A DNA stretch of 64,000 nucleotides. Origin: Candidatus Woesearchaeota archaeon. GTDB taxonomy: Archaea; Nanobdellota; Nanobdellia; SCGC-AAA011-G17; PNOQ01. Below the pieces are notes generated by a model that worked only from the letters and a program-made list of their open reading frames with translations, was not told where the DNA came from and did not search any database. Position 1 is the first letter of the stretch, and each line of letters opens with the position of its first letter. This document shows, piece after piece, positions 9,738 to 19,437 of this stretch. Made by a program: the position numbers and the translations under genes. The DNA is taken from positions 63,750-127,749 of the forward strand of contig CAYPAI010000001.1 of assembly GCA_964408705.1 (NCBI GenBank), in the 5' to 3' direction.

Positions 9738-11048
9738 ATGACAAGTGATTTTCTTGAATACTATTCTAAAAGAGAAGTACAAAACAATATAGCCTTAAAC
9801 TGTGAAGACAGAGAACTGGCTGCTAAACTAGGTGATAAGGGTTTTTCTAAAAGACCAAATGTCCTTCAATATGGTGGAGAGGTTTTGGACTTTGTAAAGA
9901 GAGGGGCAACTTCCTTCCATATCTCCGAAGAGCATTGGAAAGATCCTTTAATGTTAGTCCCTGGCATGAACAAAAAAAATTTAGATCAATTAAGAAAAGG
10001 GTGGGATTTAATCTTAGATATAGATAGCCCTGATCTTAAAGACTCTAAGATTATAACTTACTACTTAATTGAAGCATTAAAGTTTAATGATGTTAAGAAT
10101 ATATTTGTAAAATATTCAGGAAATAAAGGATTTCATATCGCAATACCTTTTCAATCATTTCCTAGTGAAGTTAATGGAGTTCCAACTAAAGATCTTTTTC
10201 CAGAAGGACCCAGGATTGTAACTGCTTATCTCTTAAATATGATCAAACCTCATATGGAAAAAGAATTCGGAAATAAGGTTTCAGATATTTTCAAGGTAGA
10301 CACTGGTTTAATCTCCAATAGACACATGTATAGGGCGCCATACTCGCTACATGAAAAGAGTGGATTAGTTAGTGTCCCTATAGATAAGGAAGAAGTTTTA
10401 AGTTTTGATAAGGCTAAAGCATTACCAGATAGAGTAGATTCTTCTGATAAGTTTTTAGGAGACAAAATACTTGTAAAGGGTGACGCCAAAAATTTGATTC
10501 TCCAAGCATTTGACTGGAATTCTAGAAATTTAAGAAGTGAGATTAAGGAAATACCAAAAAAAGAATATAAGGATTTGGAAGAAGAAATCTTACCTTCTGC
10601 ATTTCCCCCATGCATAACAAAAGGATTAGAGCAAATGGAAGATGGTAAAAAAAGATTTTTATTTATACTTATCAATTTTCTTAAAAATACTGGATATAGT
10701 TTTGAAAAGTTGGAAGAAGTAGTAAGGACATGGAACCAAAAAAATGAAGAACCTCTTAGGGAAGGATACATCATATCTCAGTTGAATTGGCATAAGAGAC
10801 AGTCAGAAAAAGTCCTACCACCTAACTGTCCACATTCTTCTCAAAATTCTGAGATGAATTATTATAAAGACTTAGGGCTTTGTAATCCTGACCACTTGTG
10901 TTTAAAGGGTAAAAACCCTACAAATTATGCGATTAGGAAATCAATTATCTTAAAAAATAGTAATAAAAGTAAGCTTTATAAATCAGATATGAAAACTAGG
11001 TCTAATGGGAAGAATAAAGACAACAATGATAAAGAGTATAACTCTTAA
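9738..11048 (+). CDS. priS: DNA primase, PriS catalytic core fused to a C-terminal Cys-containing helical (PriL-CTD-like) domain
   Basis: 436 aa. Archaeo-eukaryotic primase motifs are present: LILDIDSPD (DxD), YSGNKGFHIAIPF (SGxRGxH) and RHMYRAPYSLHEKSG. The C-terminal ~170 aa are helical and carry four Cys (PPCITKG, NCPHS, GLCNPDHLC). Confidence 0.75.
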   Translation: MTSDFLEYYSKREVQNNIALNCEDRELAAKLGDKGFSKRPNVLQYGGEVLDFVKRGATSFHISEEHWKDPLMLVPGMNKKNLDQLRKGWDLILDIDSPDLKDSKIITYYLIEALKFNDVKNIFVKYSGNKGFHIAIPFQSFPSEVNGVPTKDLFPEGPRIVTAYLLNMIKPHMEKEFGNKVSDIFKVDTGLISNRHMYRAPYSLHEKSGLVSVPIDKEEVLSFDKAKALPDRVDSSDKFLGDKILVKGDAKNLILQAFDWNSRNLRSEIKEIPKKEYKDLEEEILPSAFPPCITKGLEQMEDGKKRFLFILINFLKNTGYSFEKLEEVVRTWNQKNEEPLREGYIISQLNWHKRQSEKVLPPNCPHSSQNSEMNYYKDLGLCNPDHLCLKGKNPTNYAIRKSIILKNSNKSKLYKSDMKTRSNGKNKDNNDKEYNS

Positions 11049-11190
11049 ACTTTTTAAGGAAAATCCTGATAAATTTAAAAAAGAATTTTCAGAAAATAAA
11101 AAAATTGTTAAAGACTTGGTTAGTGCTAAATCTAAAAAATTAGAGAATATTATAGCAGGATACATGACCAGGTTAGCCAAACAAAATTAA
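11005..11190 (+). CDS. rps17e: 30S ribosomal protein S17e (eS17)
   Basis: 61 aa; MGRIKTTMIKS...KKLENIIAGYMTRL matches the S17e N-terminus (MGRVRTKTVK...AGYVTHL). It overlaps the primase 3' end in another frame. Confidence 0.75.
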   Translation: MGRIKTTMIKSITLKLFKENPDKFKKEFSENKKIVKDLVSAKSKKLENIIAGYMTRLAKQN

Positions 11191-11218
11191 ATTTTAGATA
11201 TTCCTTAACATATTCAAG

Positions 11219-11572
11219 ATGACTGAAAAAGACTTAAAACCCGAAGATAATTCTAAGGACAACTTAGATAGTATAACTAATGTTGAAAAAGATAATAATA
11301 TTGTTTTTATAGGTGGGAAGCCCTTTATGAATTATGTAACTGGAGTAGTCATGCAATTTACAACTCAAAATGCAAGCGAGATTATAATCAAGGCTAGAGG
11401 AAAATTTATATCTAGGGCAGTTGATGTTGCAGAAGTTGCAAGTAGAAGATTTTTAGAAAATACTTGTAAAATAAAAGATATTATGATAGATAGTGAAGAA
11501 TTCCAAAATAAAGAAGGAAAAAGAGTTAGAGTTTCTACTATTGAAATAATATTATCTAAAAAACTAGGTTAA
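11219..11572 (+). CDS. albA: DNA/RNA-binding protein Alba
   Basis: 117 aa; Alba core (NIVFIGGKPFMNYVTGVVMQF...ASEIIIKARGKFISRAVDVAEV...STIEIIL). Confidence 0.8.
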   Translation: MTEKDLKPEDNSKDNLDSITNVEKDNNIVFIGGKPFMNYVTGVVMQFTTQNASEIIIKARGKFISRAVDVAEVASRRFLENTCKIKDIMIDSEEFQNKEGKRVRVSTIEIILSKKLG

Positions 11573-11623
11573 TAATTCTAGAAAGTTTTAAATATTGAAT
11601 AATTAATTTTTAGCCGAGGTGAA

Positions 11624-13342
11624 ATGGACTTTTTAACAATTTTAAGTTCCTTGGAACAAGGATTATTGACAGACATAGGTTTCTTAATAATCATAGCAAC
11701 ATTACTCGCATTTTTAGCTAAACTCCTAAAACAACCACTTATACCTGCATATATCTTAGCTGGAGTAATTCTTGGACCTTTAGTATTTGGAGTTATAAGA
11801 GATGAAGTTTTGATTAGGCACATTGCAGAATTAGGTATTGCATTTCTATTGTTTGTAGTAGGGCTTGAAATTAATCTTAAAAAACTAAAATATGTGGGAA
11901 ATGTGGCTACAATTGGGGGTTTAATCCAAGTTACACTAGTTTACGTAATTGGGTATCTTGCAGCATTAAGGCTAGGTTTTGGTCAATTTGAAGCTGTAAT
12001 TTTAGGACTAGTTGTTACATTTAGTAGCACTATGATCGTAATTAAACTTTTATCAGACAAGGGAGAAATAGATACTCTTCATGGAAAAATTGTACTTGGA
12101 ATACTAATCATTCAAGATATTATTGTGATCTTGGCATTAGCATTAATCTCGACATTTGGTAATTTTGATCCAATGCTTATATTTTATGCATTAATGAAAG
12201 GACTTAGTTTGTTTGTTTTAGCCTTTGCGTGTGGTAAATTTATTTTCCCAAGAATATTTAGATTTGCAGCAAAATCTAACGAGCTTTTATTCCTCTCTTC
12301 ATTAACAGTTATGTTTATATTTTCAATAATTGCATATATGTTAGACTTTTCAATAGCAATAGGTGCTTTTTTAGGAGGATTAACTCTTGCGCACCTACCT
12401 TATCATCTTGATATAATCGGAAAAGTAAATCCTATAAAAAGTTTCTTTGCAACAATTTTCTTTGTAGCGATAGGTATGGAACTTGCACCTTTTTCGATTA
12501 CCCAAATGCTTTTGCCATTGTTAGTATTATTTTTTATAATAATGTTAATTAAACCAACTATATTATTTTTAATCACTATGTTCTTTGGTTATGAAAAAAG
12601 AACCTCTTTTTTAACAGGACTGAGCTTAGCGCAAAATAGTGAGTTTTCAATAATATTAATATCATTGCCTTTTGTGTTAAATCTTATTTCAAAAGAATTA
12701 TTTTCTTCAGTTATTTTTTTAACAGTTTTGACAATGATTTTAACATCATATCTATTAGAATTTAAGAGTTCTATCTATAACGTATTTAGTCCTTTTTTAA
12801 CTTTATTTGAAAAACTACCCATTCCAGGTAAGAAAAAATTAGAATATTTGAAGAGGTCTAAACATAAGGAAGTTTTACTTATAGGCAGACATAGGATGGG
12901 TGGAATTTTCTATGATACTCTTACTAGACTGAGAAAAAGTATAATAGTTATAGATAACAATCCAGATATCATAAGAAAAATGGTGAATAGGGAAGAATCA
13001 TGTATTTATGGTGATTTGACTAGTCCTGAAGTTTTACAAAAAGCAAACTTAGAAAAAATAAAGATCATAATCTCTACAGTACCTAATGAAGAGGATAGCA
13101 TATTCTTACTAAATCATGTAAAAAAACTTAATCCAAAGATTAAGTTGTTAGTTACTGCAAGCCACGCTTATGAAGCAAATAAATTATACAAGTTAGGTGC
13201 AGACTACGTTATTTTGCCTAATATTTTAAGTGGGGAAAAAGTTTCACTAATGTTAAAAAACTCATTAAAAGATAAATCTTATTTAAGAAAGATGAAGAAT
13301 AAACATACTAAATTTTTGAACAAGTTAAATCGTTCTGACTAA
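11624..13342 (+). CDS. CPA2-family K+(Na+)/H+ antiporter with C-terminal RCK/TrkA-N domain
   Basis: 572 aa; ~12 TM helices followed by a Rossmann-like RCK segment (LLIGRHRMGGIFYDTLTRLRKSIIVIDNNPD); Kef-type architecture. Confidence 0.7.
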   Translation: MDFLTILSSLEQGLLTDIGFLIIIATLLAFLAKLLKQPLIPAYILAGVILGPLVFGVIRDEVLIRHIAELGIAFLLFVVGLEINLKKLKYVGNVATIGGLIQVTLVYVIGYLAALRLGFGQFEAVILGLVVTFSSTMIVIKLLSDKGEIDTLHGKIVLGILIIQDIIVILALALISTFGNFDPMLIFYALMKGLSLFVLAFACGKFIFPRIFRFAAKSNELLFLSSLTVMFIFSIIAYMLDFSIAIGAFLGGLTLAHLPYHLDIIGKVNPIKSFFATIFFVAIGMELAPFSITQMLLPLLVLFFIIMLIKPTILFLITMFFGYEKRTSFLTGLSLAQNSEFSIILISLPFVLNLISKELFSSVIFLTVLTMILTSYLLEFKSSIYNVFSPFLTLFEKLPIPGKKKLEYLKRSKHKEVLLIGRHRMGGIFYDTLTRLRKSIIVIDNNPDIIRKMVNREESCIYGDLTSPEVLQKANLEKIKIIISTVPNEEDSIFLLNHVKKLNPKIKLLVTASHAYEANKLYKLGADYVILPNILSGEKVSLMLKNSLKDKSYLRKMKNKHTKFLNKLNRSD

Positions 13343-13356
13343 TTAACAAACATATA

Positions 13357-13429
13357 TGGCGCCACCCGGAATCGAACCGGGGACCTCCTGCGCATGAGAC
13401 AGGCGTTCTAACCGCTGAACTATGGCACC
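13357..13429 (-). tRNA. tRNA-Met (anticodon CAT; elongator Met or Ile2-type)
   Basis: Hand-folded cloverleaf. Acceptor GGUGCCA/UGGCGCC (G3:U... U3:G70 wobble), D-stem GTTC/GAAC with GG in the loop, anticodon loop CTCATGC, T-arm CCCGG-TTCGATT-CCGGG, discriminator A. No CCA encoded and no intron. Confidence 0.7.
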
Positions 13430-13468
13430 GCCTTAAATTTAGAAAAAAACTTATTTTAAAAATCTTTC

Positions 13469-13690
13469 TTATTTGTCTTTAAATAATACATCATCGATTC
13501 TTCTATAATTATCCTTATTTTGACCATAAGAGTGATGATACTTACTAGTTAACTCATCATTTTCAATTAAGTAATTTTGTCTTTCTTTAAGATTATTAAA
13601 ATATTTAACTTCGAAATCTCCATTACTCAACTTTCTAACATACCATGAGTCTATCTTCATCAATATATTGGAGTTAGGTTTGTTGGACAT
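13469..13690 (-). CDS. Hypothetical small protein
   Basis: 73-aa ORF between the tRNA-Met and HIT genes; no recognisable motif. Confidence 0.3.
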   Translation of the reverse strand: MSNKPNSNILMKIDSWYVRKLSNGDFEVKYFNNLKERQNYLIENDELTSKYHHSYGQNKDNYRRIDDVLFKDK

Positions 13691-13717
13691 CTTATTAGTA
13701 AATATCTAACTATATAA

Positions 13718-14122
13718 TTATAAAAGTTTTTGTATTTTTTCCCTTATCTTTTTAAATTCTTCTGCACTAGGAATTGTATTCTCACAACTAAACTTAATTT
13801 TGTCTCCCTTATTTCTTGGGATTATATGGTAATGTACATGTGGCACTATCTGTCCTGCTGCACGTTTATTATTTTGATTTACATTATATCCTTGATTTAG
13901 TTTTAGGATTGCTTTTGCTATCTTTTGTGTTGTTTTCATAACTGCACTCGCAGTTTCTTTATCCATTTCATCCATAGTTTCATAATGTTTCTTAGGGATT
14001 ACTAAACTATGGCCTTCTGAAGCAGGACTAGCATCTAGGAAAGCATAAGTTTTACTATCTTCGTAAAGTTTTGTTGAAACAGCTTCACCTTTTAAAATTT
14101 TACAAAAAATACATTTTTCCAT
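13718..14122 (-). CDS. HIT-family (histidine triad) nucleotide hydrolase
   Basis: 134 aa; CIFCKI N-terminus and HVHYHIIPR histidine-triad motif. Confidence 0.8.
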   Translation of the reverse strand: MEKCIFCKILKGEAVSTKLYEDSKTYAFLDASPASEGHSLVIPKKHYETMDEMDKETASAVMKTTQKIAKAILKLNQGYNVNQNNKRAAGQIVPHVHYHIIPRNKGDKIKFSCENTIPSAEEFKKIREKIQKLL

Positions 14123-14169
14123 TTTTAGTCTTAGTAAATAAATAAATAAATACTATAAAAAATTAACTA

Positions 14170-14240
14170 TGGACCTACCGGGAATCGAACCCGGATCTCA
14201 AGACTGCCAGCCTTGTGTGATACCACTACACTATGGGCCC
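14170..14240 (-). tRNA. tRNA-Ala (anticodon GGC)
   Basis: Hand-folded. Acceptor GGGCCCA/UAGGUCC with the G3:U70 Ala identity pair; the C6:A67 and U13:U22 pairs are mismatched. Anticodon stem CAAGG/TCTTG with loop CTGGCAG; T-arm CCGGG-TTCGATT-CCCGG; 71 nt. Confidence 0.6.
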
Positions 14241-14245
14241 ATTAA

Positions 14246-15700
14246 CTATCCCTTTAACACACCCATAGGTCTCAGCCTGACAACTAAATTACCTATTCCT
14301 GCATCATGGCTTGCTTGAACTACTTCATCTACATCTTTGTAGGCACCTGGTGCTTCTTCTGTAATCCCTTTCCAGCTCCTACTCTTAATATAAATCTTTC
14401 TTCCTTCTAATTCTTTCTTAACTACATCGGCAGAGTATACTTTATTAGCTTGGTGTCTTGACATCGTCCTGCCTGCACCATGGGCAGTACTACCAAATGT
14501 TTCTTTCATGGAGTTTTTACTTCCAACTAACACATAAGATGCTGTACCCATGCTGCCCGGTAGGATAATTGGTTGTCCAACTCTTTTATAGGTTTGAGGA
14601 ATGTCTCCTGCATCTGGGCCAAATGCCCTAGTTGCACCCTTTCTGTGCACATAAACTTTAACTTCTTTCCCTCCAAACTCATGTCTTTCTAATTTAGCCA
14701 TATTATGAGCAACATCATAGACAGTATTAATTTTGACTTTACTTCCAAATATTTTATTAAATGATTCCCTAACTTGATGTGCAATCATATGTCTATTGCA
14801 CCAGGCAAAATTAGCTGCAGCACTCATTGCCTTAAAATAATCTTTAGCAATCTTACTGTTTGCAGGAGCATATGCAAGCTCTTTGTCTGGAATAGTTTTC
14901 ATGATCTCAGGTAAAGTATCTTCCATTTTTCTTAAATAATCTGAACAAACTTGGTGACCAAGTCCACGACTACCACAGTGAATCATAATTGCAACATCAT
15001 CTTTTTCTAGCCCAAATGTTTTTGCAGCATTTTTATCTAGAATTTTATCTATATATTGAATCTCTAAAAAATGGTTTCCTGCACCTAATGTCCCTAACTG
15101 ATTTTTTCCTCTTGATTTAGAATGTATACTAATCTTAGAAGGATCTGCACTTTTCATTTTCCCGTTTTCTTCACAGAACTCTAAGTCTTCCTTAATACCA
15201 TATCCATTTTTAACAGCCCAAAATGCACCATTTTTCAAAACATTATCTAATTCTTTTTCATTTAACCTTAGGCTAGATTTAATTCCAACTCCGCAAGGAA
15301 CTTTGGTGAACAAGAGATCTAACAATTCATTTATTTTGCCTTCAACATCTTTTCTTTTGAGATTAGTTCTCAACAACCTAACTCCGCAATTAATATCATA
15401 TCCAATCCCACCAGGAGATATAATCCCGTGTTTAGAATCAAAAGCAGCAACGCCCCCTACTGGAAAGCCATACCCCATATGTACATCTGGCATTACCATA
15501 GCTTTTCCAACAATACCTGGTAAACTAGCTACATTCTTTATTTGGATAATGCTTTTTTCATCGAGTGTGTCGATTAAATCTTCAGAAATATAAATCTCAA
15601 CTGGGACATTCATATCTCCTTCCTTATCTAACACATACTTAAATGAGTTTACCTTTCTTAATTTATCCTTCAATCTTTCCATTTTAAATATCCAATACAA
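14246..15700 (-). CDS. rtcB: tRNA-splicing ligase RtcB
   Basis: 484 aa; conserved RtcB segments (PDVHMGYGFPVGGVAAF, metal-binding His and Cys). Confidence 0.9.
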   Translation of the reverse strand: MYWIFKMERLKDKLRKVNSFKYVLDKEGDMNVPVEIYISEDLIDTLDEKSIIQIKNVASLPGIVGKAMVMPDVHMGYGFPVGGVAAFDSKHGIISPGGIGYDINCGVRLLRTNLKRKDVEGKINELLDLLFTKVPCGVGIKSSLRLNEKELDNVLKNGAFWAVKNGYGIKEDLEFCEENGKMKSADPSKISIHSKSRGKNQLGTLGAGNHFLEIQYIDKILDKNAAKTFGLEKDDVAIMIHCGSRGLGHQVCSDYLRKMEDTLPEIMKTIPDKELAYAPANSKIAKDYFKAMSAAANFAWCNRHMIAHQVRESFNKIFGSKVKINTVYDVAHNMAKLERHEFGGKEVKVYVHRKGATRAFGPDAGDIPQTYKRVGQPIILPGSMGTASYVLVGSKNSMKETFGSTAHGAGRTMSRHQANKVYSADVVKKELEGRKIYIKSRSWKGITEEAPGAYKDVDEVVQASHDAGIGNLVVRLRPMGVLKG

Positions 15701-16100
15701 CTAATGCGTAACAATTTCCTTTTTTTTCAATAATTTCCATGTCTGAATATGTTACTGCCTTAATATCTCCATGGGTTTCATATTTTGAAATATCATCTCC
15801 ACTAAGCTCTGCAATGAGTGTGTACTTTTTACCTTTATGTATTCTTAATACCTCTACTCTACCCCCAATAAAGTCTTCAGAATCTATCAGTATTATCAAT
15901 CTTTCCAAAAAATCGTATAGCAAAGACTCTTTACCTTTGCTCTTTATTTTAAATTTCTTTTTTTTATTTAATTTTATTTTTGTTACATCTGTTAATATAT
16001 TATATGTTGCTAAAGCTGCATTAGAAAAAACTTCTTCTAAATCCTTTCCTTTTGCTTTAAATTTTATATCCGCAGTATGTGGGAGATATTCAAAAACCAT
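15684..16100 (-). CDS. Archease (RtcB activator)
   Basis: 138 aa; MVFEYLPHTADIKFKA N-terminus typical of archease; overlaps rtcB by 17 nt on the same strand. Confidence 0.75.
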   Translation of the reverse strand: MVFEYLPHTADIKFKAKGKDLEEVFSNAALATYNILTDVTKIKLNKKKKFKIKSKGKESLLYDFLERLIILIDSEDFIGGRVEVLRIHKGKKYTLIAELSGDDISKYETHGDIKAVTYSDMEIIEKKGNCYALVVLDI

Positions 16101-16265
16101 AGTCTATCCACATTCACTTTCGTTTAAAAAAACTTTCTTTTATTTCTGAACTACAAAAAAGGTTAAAAATAACTAAAGTGGAGAAAAATCTTTAATTATA
16201 TCTCATTCTTAAAATTGTGTTTTAACTTAATCTAATTTTTTTATTTTTCAAAACTTATTTATACT

Positions 16266-17438
16266 ATGCTTTTAAAATACTTTAAAATGAAAGAACTATC
16301 CGAAAGAGAAGTTGAATTGCCTGACGCAATGATTGGGAGATTACAAAAAATAGCTTCGGAATCTAAGGACATAATCTCGCTAGGCCCTGGTGAACCTGAC
16401 TTTCCAACTCCTAAACCAATTCTTGATTTTGCCAAAAAATCTATAAAAAATTCTACTCACTACACTGCTGCAGAGGGTATGACTGAGTTAAGAGAAGCTA
16501 TATCAAAAAAATTAAGGAAGGATAACAAAATAAAACTAGCAAAAGAAAATGTCTTAGTGTCATCAGGAAGTCAAGCTGCAATATTTTCTGCATTGTTATC
16601 AACATTGGATCCAGGAGACCAAGTAGTTTTGCCAAACCCTTCTTATTTAGGATATACTCCTGCAATAGACTTAGTTAGTGCTTCTCCCTCATATGTTAAG
16701 CTTGAAGAAGAAAATAAATTTGAGATAAACCCGGATGAAGTAAGAAATGCAATAAACAAAAAGAAAACTAAAGTTTTGATATTAAATTCCCCTTCAAACC
16801 CTACAGGTAATATAATCAGAAAAAAGATTTTAGAAGAATTAGCAGATATTGCAGTAGATAATGACCTTTACATCTTTTCGGATGAAGCTTATGAAAAAAT
16901 AGTTTATAATAAAAAACTTTATTCAATAGGTTCACTAAATGGTATGAAAAAACATGTTATAACCTTCCAAACATTTTCAAAGAGTTATGCCATGGCAGGA
17001 TTTAGATTAGGATATGCAGCAGGACCAAAGGAAGTAATTGATGCTATGGCAAAGACCTCACATTATATAACGGTTTGTCCACCTCATATTGCCCAATTGG
17101 CAGGACTAAATGCATTATCTGTAAACCCAAAATATATAGACCGTATGGTTAATGAATATAAACGGAGAAGAGATTTTATTGTAAGGAGACTTAATGACCT
17201 TGGCCTACCTACTCTAAACCCAGATGGAACTTTTTACGCCTTTTCAAATATTCAAGATTATTCTAATAACAGTGTAAAATTTGCTAAAAATTTGATTAAG
17301 GATATTAAGGTTGCAACTGTTCCAGGTTCCGAGTTTGGTAAGTTTGGAGAGGGATATTTAAGATTTAGTTATGCAACAGATTATAAACTAATACATAAGG
17401 CAATGGCGAGATTAGAAGATTATTTGAAAACTAAATAA
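16266..17438 (+). CDS. Class I/II PLP-dependent aminotransferase (aspartate/aromatic type)
   Basis: 390 aa; SLGPGEPDFPTP, NSPSNPTG and SKSYAMAGFRLGY (PLP lysine region). Confidence 0.8.
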   Translation: MLLKYFKMKELSEREVELPDAMIGRLQKIASESKDIISLGPGEPDFPTPKPILDFAKKSIKNSTHYTAAEGMTELREAISKKLRKDNKIKLAKENVLVSSGSQAAIFSALLSTLDPGDQVVLPNPSYLGYTPAIDLVSASPSYVKLEEENKFEINPDEVRNAINKKKTKVLILNSPSNPTGNIIRKKILEELADIAVDNDLYIFSDEAYEKIVYNKKLYSIGSLNGMKKHVITFQTFSKSYAMAGFRLGYAAGPKEVIDAMAKTSHYITVCPPHIAQLAGLNALSVNPKYIDRMVNEYKRRRDFIVRRLNDLGLPTLNPDGTFYAFSNIQDYSNNSVKFAKNLIKDIKVATVPGSEFGKFGEGYLRFSYATDYKLIHKAMARLEDYLKTK

Positions 17439-17580
17439 TTATTTTTTTTCTATTTTTCCAGCTCTCCTCTTTCCACCTTTTTTATACTTAGTGTATCTAG
17501 ATTTGGCCTTTTTATCTCTTTTAGATTTTCTCTTTCCATAATGTGGATCATCAGACATATTATTACCTAAGTTTATCTAT

Positions 17581-18273
17581 TTAAATTTCTTTTCCATATT
17601 TCTCTGTTTTGATATTTTCTTTATTAATCCCTATCTCTTTTAATTTTTCAATAATAAAATTAACAAAACCTAGAGGACCACAAATATAAAATAAAGAATT
17701 TTTATCTTCAATATTATCATTTATTTCTTGAGTAGTTAATCTTCTTTTGGGGTTTTCATGAGATTTATCTTCATTTGTAAGAATTATTAGTGGGTCAAAA
17801 TTATCATATTTTTCTTTTAATTCCTCTATCTCTTGTCTGTATATCACTTCTTCTGTTGTTTTTGCACTGTATAGTAGTTTAACCTTGTTCCTATAGTTAT
17901 TATCTAATATAAACCTCATAATACTATGCAATGTACTTATTCCTGACCCTCCTGCAATAAGAACTATATTTTTATCAGTATCCCCATTGAAGGTGAAACT
18001 ACCAAAAGGGCCTTCGACAATGACAGCATCATTAACTTTTAGCCTATCTATCTCTTTTGTAAACTTTCCATCATCATACACTTTAATTGTTAAAGTAATC
18101 TCATCAGTTTCTCCGCCTGCTGAAGAAATAGAATAAACTCTAGAAAATTCAACCCCAGGTATACTTAGTTTAATACACTGGCCTGATATAAATCTAAGTT
18201 TAGTATCTAGCTTAAGAGTGAATATCTTAGTGTCTTTTGTATTTTGTTCAATCTTTTTTATCACTGCATCCAT
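17581..18273 (-). CDS. FAD/NAD(P)-binding oxidoreductase, ferredoxin-NADP reductase-like (PyrK-like fold, no Fe-S cysteines)
   Basis: 230 aa; RVYSISS (RxYS FAD-binding) and IAGGSGIS (NAD-binding GGxGxxP-like) patterns; lies downstream of the GDH-family gene. Confidence 0.55.
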   Translation of the reverse strand: MDAVIKKIEQNTKDTKIFTLKLDTKLRFISGQCIKLSIPGVEFSRVYSISSAGGETDEITLTIKVYDDGKFTKEIDRLKVNDAVIVEGPFGSFTFNGDTDKNIVLIAGGSGISTLHSIMRFILDNNYRNKVKLLYSAKTTEEVIYRQEIEELKEKYDNFDPLIILTNEDKSHENPKRRLTTQEINDNIEDKNSLFYICGPLGFVNFIIEKLKEIGINKENIKTEKYGKEI

Positions 18274-18295
18274 GTTAAAATAAAGAAAGAGAAGA

Positions 18296-19402
18296 TTATT
18301 TATGCTTTTTGATTCGTGTAATAGCTATCTTTGTAGCTGCCTCTCGCGTAGATACATTATTTTTTTCTGCAGCATCTAAAATTAACTTTGTATTTTTTAT
18401 TATTTTTTTTTCTACTAATTTAAACATGGTAGAGAGTTTATATCCTTTGTATTCTGCATAAGAACTAATAACTCCTCCAGCATTTGCAATTATATCTGGA
18501 ATAATTAGTATTTTTCTTTTATTTAATTTATATTCGATATTTGGTGATATAGGTATATTTGCAGCTTCAACAATTAATTTTGATTTTATGAATTTGTAAT
18601 TTTTAGCATTTATGACATTAGGTAATGCTCCAGGAATAATAACATCAACTTTTAAACTAAATAATTTTCCAATTGGTAATACCTTTCCTGGCCTGTACTT
18701 AGTTACACTTCCTTTTTCTTTTTTGGTTTTTAATAACTTTCTATAACCTAGTCCATCTTTATTATAAATTGTCCCTTTAGAATCTGAAACAGCAATTATT
18801 CTAACTCCTGCTTCTTCTAAATGTTTCATAGTAAATGTACCTACATTACCAAATCCTTCTATAGCTGCAGTAGGATTTTTTATTTTTAGATAATCTATTG
18901 CAACTAATGCTGCCTTTGCAACCCCATAACCTGTACTACCAGATTCATGAGGTAACCCACACTTTTTTCCAGGACTTATACAAAAAGTGGAAGGTTTTCC
19001 TGTACAGGAGTTCATACTCCCATTTGCTTTAGCATAGGTTGCCATTTCATTTTCCCCAATATTCATATCGGGAGCAGCAATATATTCCTTAGGAGAGATA
19101 TTCTTCAAAGATTTTGCAAATGATTTAATTAATATGTTTTTTTTATTAGGAGAAATCTTTCTATCATCTGCAACAATTCCTGCCTTAGCCCCTCCAAAGG
19201 GAAGGTTTGATAATGCACATTTTAGAGTCATTGCTCTAGCGAGCTTTGAAACCTCCTCAATAGTAACAGAAGGGGTCATTCTTATTCCGCCTTTTCCTGG
19301 CCCCATCTTAGTATTATCGATTACAAGGAAACCATTCAACCCTATCTTAGAATCATGAATCTCAATTATTTTTTCAGGACCTAATTCATCACGAGTTATC
19401 AT
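18296..19402 (-). CDS. Glu/Leu/Phe/Val-family amino acid dehydrogenase (glutamate dehydrogenase-like)
   Basis: 368 aa; catalytic-lysine region LPFGGAKAGI and NAD-binding GFGNVG. Confidence 0.75.
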   Translation of the reverse strand: MITRDELGPEKIIEIHDSKIGLNGFLVIDNTKMGPGKGGIRMTPSVTIEEVSKLARAMTLKCALSNLPFGGAKAGIVADDRKISPNKKNILIKSFAKSLKNISPKEYIAAPDMNIGENEMATYAKANGSMNSCTGKPSTFCISPGKKCGLPHESGSTGYGVAKAALVAIDYLKIKNPTAAIEGFGNVGTFTMKHLEEAGVRIIAVSDSKGTIYNKDGLGYRKLLKTKKEKGSVTKYRPGKVLPIGKLFSLKVDVIIPGALPNVINAKNYKFIKSKLIVEAANIPISPNIEYKLNKRKILIIPDIIANAGGVISSYAEYKGYKLSTMFKLVEKKIIKNTKLILDAAEKNNVSTREAATKIAITRIKKHK

Positions 19403-19437
19403 TCTTTAATAAACTAAATAAAGAATTTAAATAACTT

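Noticed and set aside
15303-16149. Plus-strand ORFs 15303..15593 and 15739..16149 inside rtcB and archease
   Set aside because: They lie antisense to two well-supported, conserved genes, and their translations are low-complexity.
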